Origin: Eledone cirrhosa | Taxonomy: Eukaryota | Reading direction: 5' to 3' | Length of the DNA: 58,708 bases | Assembly: GCA_964016885.1 (NCBI GenBank) | Contig: CAXHJY010000649.1 | Location: 1-58,708 of the forward strand | Part shown: positions 13,144 to 25,017 of the stretch, piece after piece | How positions within the stretch are numbered: the stretch's first letter is position 1 | How the letters are laid out: every line of letters starts with the position of its first letter | Made by a program: the position numbers and the translations under genes | The notes under the pieces: generated by a model | Database searches by the model: none | Told to the model about the DNA's origin: nothing | The model's input: the letters and a program-made list of their open reading frames with translations, nothing else

Positions 13144-13480
13144 CTAGCAGTGGTACCCGGCGTTGCACGGGATAAGGTATTTTGGAACGCGGGCCGCCAA
13201 CAGACCTAATCATGGAAAAATTGCATGCCTAGACAATATGTAAAGAAAATAAACCGAATACTCTGATGGCTTGATAATCTTTAAGATTTTCCTCGATGAA
13301 GCAGGAAAAATGCAGGTTTTCACCTAATGCGGACCCTAGGGGATCAAGAAAATGAATTTTTTTATGTGCATAATATGCCTTGAAATTTCGGGAAAATCAG
13401 CTAGTTGTAACGCCTCAAAAGAGCCCTAAAATGCTGAAAAAATGAAGTTTTTCACCTAATGCAGTCCCTAGGCCATAAAA
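13144..13480 (-). mobile_element. Non-autonomous Helitron 3' end (5' boundary not identified)
   Basis: On the minus strand, hairpin cccgtgcaacgccggg followed ~10 nt later by CTAG|T (13147-13143), the same geometry as at 6477 and 18155. Confidence 0.7.
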
Positions 13481-13726
13481 AAGTTGGATTTTCTTTGCTC
13501 ACGGTATGAAGAAGAGACTTGGCATTGCATGGGTTTGTATGTGCGCACGTGCTTTTGTGTACGTGCCTGTATTTGTTTACCCATGGCGGGTGTTTTCGCA
13601 TATGCATGTGTATGTACGTATATGGATGCGTGCATGTATATATTAATTTTGGTTGATTTCAATTACCTCTGTAATTTATTTACATTATTCTTAACTCTGA
13701 AGCCGAGAATCATTCAGTGTCCTAAA

Positions 13727-14002
13727 TAGAATTTTAGTCTACGACTTCAGTTATACCATATACGTGGTTTTGTCTTTGCGTGTAATTGTTCTCATTGCTC
13801 CACATAATGACGTATTAACTTCGTTTTTTCCGTTCGTTGCCGGGGAACGTCTCCACAAACCATCTAATAGAATATTAGTCTACGACTTCATTTTTACTAT
13901 AAATGTGGTTTTGTCTTTGCGTGTAATTGTTTTCACCGTTCCAAATAATGACGTGTTATCTTCGTTTTTTTCTGTTCTTTGCCAGGGAACGTTTCCACAA
14001 AC
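13727..14002. repeat. Diverged tandem duplication, ~140-bp unit
   Basis: tagaat..tagtctacgacttca...ggaacgt.tccacaaac at ~13727 and ~13868. Confidence 0.8.
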
Positions 14003-14320
14003 CAAAGTAGCGTCGTCCTGTCTTCCTTCGGTTGCAATGTTTTTCGAAATATTTACTTCTGCGTTCACAGATAGATTTTTTTTTAGTTTCAGAAGATCCC
14101 GTTAAGGGTGAAAGCAGCGATTCTTTGCTTAAACTTTAATCTGTTATTTTAATAAATATATATTATATATATATAATATATATATATATGCAAAAGTTTC
14201 ATTTAAAATTGTTGGGTTACAACAAGTAAATATTTTATAACTGATATAAAGCACTCGACAAGTTTTTGGAGTAGATATACGATATTAAACAAATGGAAAC
14301 TATATTTATAAAACCATATT

Positions 14321-14386
14321 TATTTCATTATACATATTTCGGGGATACCATATTAAAAATATGGCATGCCTTCGTCAGATAAAATA
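14321..14386 (-). ncRNA. Minimal type I hammerhead ribozyme motif
   Basis: Minus strand: tattttat CTGACGA agg c atgccatatt ttt aatatggtat cccc GAAA T ATGT A TA atgaaata. 8-bp stem I with one G-U, long stem II, very short stem III. Confidence 0.72.
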
Positions 14387-14962
14387 CAATATATAAACAG
14401 TTTTATAAATAATTTTGACGTACCATAAATATGAGCGACCATTATGTAGGAAGCTGGTTTGGTAGCTTCCTACATAATGGTCGCTCATATTTATGGTACG
14501 TCAAAATTATTTATAAAACTGTTTATATATTGTATTTTATCTGACGAAGGCATGCCATATTTTTAATATGGTATCTGAAAAGGGTAAGTTATAATTTGAA
14601 CATCATCTAATAAGCTATTTAGTAATTTATCCTTTCTCTTTCTATATAAATATATGTATATATATATATGCGAGGGACAGAGGGAGTTTGGTCCATTTAT
14701 GTTTGGACCTGGTGTATACATGTATATATCAGAGATAATGAATGTAATAACTGTTCCCTGTATTTGTAATGTTATTTGTATATATACATGTAGGTTTACT
14801 ATGATTTTGTTTATATATTTTTGTTTATAAATTAATATATTTGATAAACACAAATACCAACATATCCGGCTCAGAAATACTTCTTTCTTTGAGCTATTTC
14901 ATTGTAAAGGACTGCCTGAGTTTTGAACTCATTATTAATAGTATATATATATATATATATAT

Positions 14963-15530
14963 AAATTGATGGTAGTTTCGGAGTAGGTAGACCCAGAAAA
15001 ACCTGGAACGATCTGATAAATTCCGACCTTACACACTTGCACCTCTCTAAGACAATGTCACTGGACAGAGATCTTTGACGCTATGCAGTAATACAGAAGA
15101 CCCGCCTTGCCTATAGTCAAAGCGAAACCTAGAGCCAGTAGGCACCTCTTAACCAAATATACATCCCAACCCTATCTCCCACTCCCTTACCCTATCCTCC
15201 CACTCCCACCAACACCACCCTCTCTCTGTAAAGTTGGTACCACAACATCCAGTCCAAATAAATGAGATAATGAGATCGAAATTGTGTAGGTGTCACGACA
15301 AAACACATCGTCCACGCTGTAATGTGGCTGTGTAGGTAGCACGGTAAAAAGTACCCAGTTCCACACTGTAAATGTGGTTGGTGTTAGGAAGGGCATCCAG
15401 CCGTAGAAAACCTGCCAGATAGTCCTATATGAGCGAGACACGGTCACCCGACCAACCTTGCCTCAAGTGGGACAACTCCCGTCTAACCCATGCTAGTGTG
15501 GAAGATGGACGTTTAAACGATGATGATGAT
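14963..15530 (+). mobile_element. RTE subfamily B-like 3' fragment
   Basis: Encodes IDGSFGVGRPRKTWNDLINSDL...; B-type 3' UTR; (GAT)n tail. Confidence 0.87.
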
Positions 15531-15696
15531 ATCCCCGAAATATGTATAATGAAATAAATATGGTTTTATAAATATAGTTTCCATTTGTTTAATATCGTAT
15601 AATATATATATATATATATTTTATATATATTATATATATATAATATATATATATAATATACATATATATATATTATATATATAATATATATATATT

Positions 15697-16925
15697 CATC
15701 ATCATCATCATCATCACCGTTTTACGTCCGTTCTTCCACGCTAGCATGGGTTAGACGGGTTGTCCTGTTGTGGGCAGTGTCTGGTCGGCTGACCATGCCT
15801 TGCTCATGCCTTGCTCATACAGGAACTGATCTGGCTTGATTTCTACAGCTGGATGCCCTTCCTAACACCAACCTCATTTACAGTGAGTGCTGGGTGCTTT
15901 TTCGTGGCGCCTACACGTCCACTTTACAGTGTGGGCTGGGTGCTTTTTTGCCGTGGCACCTCCACGACCACCTTGTGGTGGGGGGTGTGGGGGCATATTG
16001 TCTATATGCTTCAGCTTGTACCCATGGGAGGTCGGGTACTCTGTATTACTGCGTGACGCCAGAAGTCACGGTCGTGTGTCATTGTCTTTGAGAGGTATAA
16101 TTGGGTAAGGTCGGCTTTTATCACCTCATCCCAGGTCATCTTGGGTCTCCCCACTCCGCGGTTTCTATCAACTTCTAGTGCTCTGCACCTTTTTATGCAG
16201 CTGTCATCCTTCATACGCATCACATGTCCATACCAGCGCAACCGCCTCTCCTGCACACAGCATTTGATTCCTCTTATGCTCAGTCTCTCTCTCAATTCAT
16301 TTATGCTTTGTCGTTCACGTATATTACTGTTACACATCCATCGGAGCATGCAGGCTTCGTTTCTCTCTAATCTACGTAAGTCTTCCACCTTCAGCGCCCA
16401 GGTCTCACTACCATGCAACATCGCTGTTCGGATACACGCATCATACAGTCTGCCTTTCATTCTGAGGGAGAAGCCTTTTGCAGCTAGCAGTGGTAGTAGT
16501 TCCCTAAACTTCTTCCATCCCGTTCTTACCCTAGTTATTGTACTTTCTGAACACCCACTTCCGTTGCTAATTCGGTCACCTAGGTAGCAGAAGCTGTCTA
16601 CTGTTTCTACAGGGCCCTTCCAGAGATTGGTGGTACTTGTTTCCTGTGGCTGTTTGCTGCCTGCTGTCTCAGCACAGCTGCTGCATGTGAATCCTACATT
16701 CTTAATTAAGCTTCCTGAGATCCCGCTACATCTCTTGTGTACCTATTGTTTGCATTTGGGGCAGAGAATGGAGTTCCTACCTACACCTTTCCTACATACT
16801 GAGCAAGGCCATTTCCCTGAGGAGATCTGGGTTCTGTTTTCTCGTCTACTTACAAGGACCTTAGTCTTTGTCATGTTGACTTTGAGACCCTTTCTTTCTA
16901 GTCCCTGCTTCCAAGTTTGGAATTT
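15697..16925 (-). mobile_element. RTE subfamily A, 5'-truncated
   Basis: Reverse complement of ~54010-55218; ORF 16011-16460 is nearly identical to the C-terminus of the 1039-aa ORF. Confidence 0.93.
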
Positions 16926-18154
<1,229 letters not shown>

Positions 18155-18469
18155 CTAGCAGGCTAGCCCAGCGTTGCTCGGGTTTGTTCATTTGCTATGA
18201 AAAGTTACATACAGGTAAACGTGGATTGAAAGCAAATAAGCTTATTAATTAAGTGCATAAAGCAGTTGAACCGGTTATTAATAGTTACGAACCAATTAGT
18301 ATTTTGGACAATCAATGATGGGTTAATAATCTTCCAATAGCGAATTTAGTAGACCAAAGTTGCAAGATGGTGGCCCTGATGCCGCTGGGTGTCAGATCTG
18401 TCTGCTATGGGTGACCCTACCATTTTCCAGACGGCATAGCTCCAATACCTCCTGCACCAACATCTATAA

Positions 18470-20569
18470 CACCTTTTGTAGACGATATTGCGTGTCATCC
18501 CTTGAGGAGTGTAAGCAAAAAGTCCATTCCTGCTCCCTAATCGGGAACAGGCAACATAAAGTTGGCCATGGGAGAAGCATGGCTACCCAAATGGATGCCC
18601 GCCACCGACAATGTTTGCCCTTGTGACTTGTTAATGGACATGGCAAAACATGGTCTCGCCGGAAATCGAACGGGATATCTGACGGCGAGGGGAAAACGTT
18701 CATCCTTGGAATAAAAACATTCTCCTCTCTCCCGCACCCCTTTACAATGGTGGCCTCAATCAAGTGGGGCGTCAGTGACTTGACGACCATGCGAGTACCG
18801 TTGCACTGCTTTGGTGGACGCAAATTCCTTATTAGCATAATGGGACAGCCAACCCTAAGCTTAAGAATGTGAGGTGGGACCCCTGGGGACTCAAGGGAAT
18901 TTAATAACTCAACCGGATAATTAACGATATCGTCGGGGTCTGACGTCCGGTCGATAGATTTGAAGATGTGTTTTTTACCGGGAATTTTCTCAATCAGCTG
19001 CTCGTTAATAAAATTAACCATGGTATTTTTCGGAGCAAGGATGGCTCTTTCGCTGAGCCAATCGAGGTTTTTAAAGTTAGATGAGACATTAGGAAAAACT
19101 GCTTCCTAAAGGTCAGAAGGGCTGCTCACAATGTCGATTGCTATGCCGCCCTTGTCATCCGCAGGGACCTTGCCCTCACCAAGTGCTAAAATATTCTGAG
19201 CAAATGCTGCAGACATGTTGCCACCATGCAAATGAGCACGCATATTTGTACTCAGGTACAAACTCTTCACCTGGAGCCACAACATGGACGACTTAAGGCA
19301 GGCACACACTTCATCAGCTCTTGTCCCAATGGGGATGACAGGCAGCATTTGCCGAAAATCCCCTGATAGCAGATGGGTTACGCCACCCATAGGAGCCATA
19401 GAATACCTAATGTCTTTCAGGGTCCTGTCCAATGCCTCAAGGGCACCCTTGTGCACCATTGTGCACTCATCCAAAACAACGAGGCAACATTTTTTGAGAA
19501 CCAGAGCTTTGTGTGAATTCTTACTGATATTGCATGTTGGTGTCTCAGTTTTTACTAAATCCAAAGGGAGTTTAAAGGTTGAATGCGCTGTCTTGCCTCT
19601 CGGCAGCAAAGTAGCAGCGATCCCGGACGATGCAACGACAACGCAACTTTTTTCTCCTGAAGAATCTTAGCGAGAATCAATTTCATTACATAAGTTTTTC
19701 CGGTACCCCCAGGAGCATCGAGAAAGTAAATACTACCAGTCTGATTTTGAACTTGGCAGTGGTTTGATCCGTAAAGTAAACCCTTTGCCCATTTTCCAAA
19801 TGTACCGCAAGCTGTATGAAGGCGGGGGGACGTTGGTGTAGGGGTAAACCAAATAGGCGCCAAAAAGCTTCATTGCTACTGATGTACCGCTTTGCCAGGT
19901 ATTCTGTGACCTCGTCCCTGCTATTTTCAGCTTGAAATGCGAACATTGCGGCATCAGAGCCCTTATTTACATATTTGCATATGTATTTTATCGACTTGAC
20001 GCAGTTGCAAAACTCAACGTTGATGTGGGCGTTGAACATCTTCAAGAGAAGCAGGCAGTAAGGGACCACCCATCTATTGTCGTCTTGACCTTCCCTTACT
20101 GTTGTGGTGAAGCCACCGTTCTCGGGCCATCTCCGCTTGTACCCGTCGCCACCAGTCTGAGTCTGGTCAACAAATTTTTGGGGGTATCCCTTACTGCATG
20201 ACCCCCCCCTTTCAGACACGTGTGATGCTCATTAGGACCCGATGCACACGGACCATGAATCATGTTACCTTTGACGATGTCTTGTAATTCCTGGTCAGTT
20301 GCTGGGTTAGGGATTTCAGCTGAAATAAAGCTGTCTATGGCATTTGAATTGATTTTATCAGCTAACCAAATCAAAATGTGAGCATCTGGCAGCCCTCGTT
20401 TTTGCCATTCGACGGTGAACATGTCACATTTTGCAACCCCAAATTCCTGACCCTTTTTGATTAAAGCCATGAGTTTAGCCAGTTTTAGTCTGAACACTCT
20501 GGCAATGAGGTCATGTCTGTTCGAATAATTTTGCCCAGGAAAAAGTTCACGGGTTACATTCCGATTCAT
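18470..20569 (-). pseudogene. Helitron RepHel pseudogene fragment
   Basis: EWQKRGLPDAHIL, KYICKYVNKG, Walker A FLDAPGGTGKT, GKTAHS, LDEC, GDFRQ, CNGTR and FAMSINKSQGQT spread over several frameshifted ORFs; Rep N-terminus and the Rep-helicase linker are missing. Confidence 0.92.
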
Positions 20570-20680
20570 AGGTCTATAGCATTAATCTGTTATATGAAGT
20601 GTTATTTTACGGGTTGTTATTTGCAATAAGCCAATTGAAAATGCCCCAGATAAGCCGTATGTCAATATGGAACGCTCCAC

Positions 20681-20912
20681 TGCAGTGTTGTCATATAAGG
20701 AGGGAAGAGTGACAGAGAGAGTAAAGGAGTTAAATTATAGAGAGGGGGAATATACGGAACACTCCATTTGATCATATACATTGTTTCTCTCTCTGCAGTG
20801 TTGTCATATAGGGAGTGAAGAGCGACAGAGAGAGTAAAGCAGTTAAATTATAGAAAGGGGGAATATACGGAACGCTCCATTTGATCATATACATTGTTTC
20901 TCTCTCTGCAGT
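20681..20912. repeat. Tandem duplication, ~113-bp unit, inside Helitron 2
   Basis: tgcagtgttgtcatata...acattgtttctctctc occurs twice. Confidence 0.78.
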
Positions 20913-21869
20913 GGTCTTTGTTGAGAATCATGTAAATAAATGCTTAAGTGTCGTTATTGTTACGTTTGTTGTTTTATAAATTCATCTGTTGCTTTTGAAT
21001 ATTTGTTATTTGATGTAAAATGTAACTGTGTAAAATGTAACGTTGAGAGAGCAGTATGTATTTAGTGTTATTGGCTTTTTAAATTTTGATATTTGATGTA
21101 TGAGTGTCGTTATGACTGTTTGTTGTTGTATAAAATGATGTGTTGCTTAGTTATCAAAGTTTTTTTCGCGTTCCCAAACGAATAGGGGGAATGATCTATT
21201 TTATAGAGAGAGAAGAGCGACAGATAGAGTGAAGCTAGTGTTAAACCTCGAAGCATGAAGAAAGTAAAGCAGTTAAATTATAGAGAGGGGGAGTAATCTA
21301 TTGTAGAGAGAGGGAAGAGCGACGGAGAGAGTAAAGCTATGGTTGTTGTGTTGCTTAGGTTTCAAAGTTTTGTCGTTGCTCTAAATTGTAATGGTGATAG
21401 AGTAGTAGACGGAGGTGGTAACCTTTTAAAGAGAGTTGCAGAGGAGATTGAGAGGGGGGGTAGAGAGAGTGATGAACCTTTTAAAGAGAGTTGCAGAGGA
21501 GATTGAGAGTGGAGTAGAGGAAAGGATGAACCTTTTAAAGAGAGTTGCAAAATGTATGTAGTTTCATATATTTTTGATGGTAGTAGTGAGAGGAATGAAG
21601 CATGTAAGAGAGAGGGTTACAGCATGTATTTAGTTTTATCGATTTTTTTTCATAGAAGCAGGAAATTTTTGGCAAAAATAATTACGTGTTGACCTGCCCT
21701 GGTAAATTTGGAACACATTGGGAAAAAAATCATCAAAATTAGTATAGAAATGTGGAAATGCATACAAATTATACACACACACAGACAGACATCTACCGTT
21801 TTATATATATAGAGATATATAATATGTATATATATATATAATATGTATATATATATATAATATATATAT

Positions 21870-23894
21870 TTGCCATCACTGATACTGATAAGAAGGTAGC
21901 TTGGAAGTGTCACTACGAGAGGCTACTAAATAAGGAGAATAAGTGGGAAAAAGATAGTCTGCCCCAAATCGATCCAATAGAGGGACCAGCAGTGCAAGTG
22001 AAGGTATTATAATAAGTAAGATAATCAAAGATATGAAGACAGGATAAGCAGCTGGGCCTTTGGAGATAGTTGCTGGAATGCTGAAAGCATCTGGATCGGT
22101 GGGACACACTATGGTCTCCGGATAGTAAACCAAGTCATACAGAATGGGGTCATACCAAATGACTGGCATAGCAGCATCATCATTAACGGCTACAAGGGTA
22201 AAGGAGATGCCCTAGTTAGGGGAACTATAGAGGCATTAAATTAATTGACCAGGTCATGAAGGTCACAGAAAAAGTTATAGCGCAACTAATCAGAGAGCAA
22301 ATTGATCTAGATGAAATGCAGTTTGGGTTTGTGTCAGGTAAAAGTACCACAGACGCTCTTTTCCTTGTACGACAACTACAGGAGAAGTACCTAGCTAAAA
22401 GTAAACCCCTATACTTACCTTTTGTTGACTTGGAGAAAGCCTTTGACAGAGTCCCCCGCTCCATTATCTGGTGGGCTCTTAGAAAACCAGGTGTTGATGA
22501 ATGGCTCGTGAGAGCTATACAAGCCATGTATAAAGAAACAGTCAGCAAGGTTAGAATTAACAACGAATATAGTGAAGAATTTAGTGTAAAAGTCGGTGTT
22601 CATCAGGGCTCTGTCCTTAGCCCCCTCCTATTTATTATTGCTCTTCAGGCTATAACAGAGGAGTTCAAGACTGGCTGCCCATGGGAACTTCTATACGCAA
22701 ATGATCTAACGCTCATAGCTGAATCAATGGCCGAACTAGAGAAGAAATTCCAAACTTGGAAGCATGGCCTAGAATCAAAAGGCCTTAAAATTAACTTGTC
22801 TAAGACTAGAGTTCTAGTATGTAGGAAGGAAAATAGGGAACTGGTCCCCTCTGGGAAATGGCCATGCTCAGTGTGTAGGAAAGGAGTAGGTAGAAACACC
22901 ATTTTATGTCCCAAATGCAAAAGTATGGGTGCATAAAAGATGTAGTAGGATCACAGGTAAACCAACTAAGAACATAGATTTTATATGTGGCCGGTGCTCA
23001 GGTGCAATAAGTAGTAGCAAGTGCCCACAGGATACTAGCTCCTTCCATTAGTGATGGTTCTATAGAAATAGTGGACACCTTCCGTTACCTGGATGACAAA
23101 ATCAGCAGTGGTGGTGGGTGCTCTGAAATTACAGTAGCTAGAGTCAGAATGGGATGGAAAAAGTTCAGAGAGCTTATACCACTATTGGCTGCTAAAGGTT
23201 TCTCTCTAAAAATGAAAGGCAGGCTGTATGATGCCTGCATATGAACAGCAATGTTACATGGCAGTGAGATGGGCATTGTGTGCAGAGGACCTGCGCAGAC
23301 TGGAGAGGAGCGAAGCTTGCATGCTCCGTTGGATGTGTAATAGTAATATACGTGAACGGCAAAGCATAAATGAACTAAGTGAGAAATTAGGAATAAGAGG
23401 GATCAGATGCTGTTTACTCGAGAGAAGACTATGTTGGTATGGTCACATGATGCGCAGGAAAGACGACAGCTGTATAAAAAAAGCGCAGGGCAATCAAAAT
23501 AGGTGGAAGCTACAGAGTAGGCAGACCCAGAAAAACCTGGGATTTGATAAATTCCAACCTTACACACTTACACCTCTCCAAGACAATGTCACTGGACCGA
23601 GATCTTTGGCACTACGCAGTAATACAGAAGACCCGCCTTGTCTAAGTACAAAGTGAAACCTAGTCAGTAAGCACCTCCTAACCAAAAATACACCCCCATC
23701 CCACTACCCCTACCCACCCCCATCTACACCACCCCTTTTCTCTGTAAAGTTATGTTGGTGCCACAACATCCAGTCCTAAATAAATGAGGTAGAAAACCCG
23801 CCAAGCAGTTCTATTCGAGCAAGACAACCAATCTTGCCTCACGTGGGACAATTCCCGTCTAAACCCATCCTAGCGTGGAAGATTGACGTTAAAC

Positions 23895-23927
<33 letters not shown>
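21870..23927 (+). mobile_element. RTE subfamily B, 5'-truncated and decayed
   Basis: RT ORF 22256-22936 (QFGF, FVDLEKAFD, GVHQGSVLSP, YAND instead of YADD); frameshifts; (GAT)n tail at 23895-23927. Confidence 0.92.
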
Positions 23928-23929
23928 AT

Positions 23930-23978
<49 letters not shown>

Positions 23979-24016
23979 TATTTTTAAAAAATATAGAGGT
24001 GTGACACACGAGTTGT

Positions 24017-24097
24017 GATATATTAGTAAAAAGGAAAAGAAAATGCTGACAAATTTTTCCCAGTGAAAAATTTGTCAGCATTTTCTTTTCCTTTTTA

Positions 24098-24105
<8 letters not shown>
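24017..24105. repeat. Short fold-back; same family as the arm ends of 44121-44497
   Basis: atatattagtaaaaaggaaaagaaaatgctgacaaatttttc, loop ccagt, then the reverse complement. 23980-24017 matches the reverse complement of 44497-44535. Confidence 0.85.
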
Positions 24106-24142
<37 letters not shown>

Positions 24143-24156
24143 ATATATATATATAT

Positions 24157-24339
24157 ACGTGGGAAAGTAAGAAATCGGAGAATAGACCGTTAAAACATAT
24201 TTATTTAAAACACCACCTACGTACGTTTCGCCCAGTTGGGCTTGCCCTTGAGAAGCCCAACTGGACGAAACGTACGTAGGTGCTGTTTTAAATAAACATG
24301 TGTTAACAGTCTATTCTCCGATTTCTTACTTTCCCACGT
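24157..24339. repeat. Fold-back with ~87-bp arms carrying hammerhead stem II and 3' half
   Basis: Arms 24157-24243 and 24253-24339 with a few mismatches; reads gccc aact gggc GAAA C GTAC G TA, then AATAAA. Confidence 0.8.
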
Positions 24340-24499
24340 GCTTACGCTCTGCTAAATCTCTAGCCCACTAAATATTAACACTTCGAATATTTAATACTGC
24401 CGGCACTAGTATCGAGCACCTTTGGCATACGCTACTTGGCAAATAACTATATGTATCACCTATCCTCCCCTTTTTTTTCTCTCTCTCGATACGTAAATA

Positions 24500-24546
<47 letters not shown>

Positions 24547-24698
24547 TACACGGGTGTGTATGATTGTGTATAGAAGATTATATTAATAAAAGGAATTCCA
24601 ACTTTGTCTCATTTACTCATTTTATTTACAATCCTTTAAAATTTATAATGGTATTAGAATGAAATAGTATGGTAGAATATTAAATGTTAAGTGTTAAT

Positions 24699-24737
24699 TG
24701 AACAAGTACTTTCATGCTTTCGCAATCTTCAGGTTCA
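24699..24737 (-). ncRNA. Minimal type I hammerhead ribozyme motif
   Basis: Minus strand: tgaac CTGAAGA t tgc gaaa gca t GAAA GTAC TT gttca. Confidence 0.7.
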
Positions 24738-24788
24738 TATTCTGAAAATTGTGTTGAAAATTGCAAACTTGACTGTCACCACAAAATA

Positions 24789-24827
24789 TGAACCTGAAGA
24801 TTGCAAAAGCATGAAAGTACTTGTTCA
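24789..24827 (+). ncRNA. Minimal type I hammerhead ribozyme motif
   Basis: tgaac CTGAAGA t tgc aaaa gca t GAAA GTAC TT gttca; stem I tgaac/gttca; palindromic AAGTACTT across stem III. Confidence 0.7.
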
Positions 24828-25017
24828 ATTTACACTTAACATTTAATATTCTACCATACTATTTCATTCTAATACCATTATAAATTTTAAAGGATTGTAA
24901 ATAAAACGAGTAAATCAGACAAAGTTGGAATTCCTTTTATTAATATATATACCTTTTATTAATATATATATATTCCTTTTATTAATATATATATATATGC
25001 AAGATATATATGCAATA

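Larger units (their letters stand above)
14276..15600. repeat. Fold-back element with ~180-bp arms; right arm interrupted by a ~955-bp insertion
   Basis: Left arm 14276-14455, loop ggtttggt, right arm 14464-14575 resuming at 15531-15600. Confidence 0.85.
18155..21815 (-). mobile_element. Second Helitron with both termini, internally deleted
   Basis: Minus strand starts A|TCTCTATATATATAAAACGG at 21816-21815; 3' hairpin acccgagcaacgctgggc and CTAG|T at 18158-18154. Confidence 0.88.
24579..24947. repeat. Fold-back with ~163-bp arms and ~43-bp spacer; a complete hammerhead motif in each arm
   Basis: 24579-24741 versus 24785-24947, few mismatches. Confidence 0.88.

Noticed and set aside
24925-25017. 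Alternative N-terminus for the RTE ORF
   Set aside because: The frame only runs through a fold-back end and TA repeats; homology starts at ~25018.
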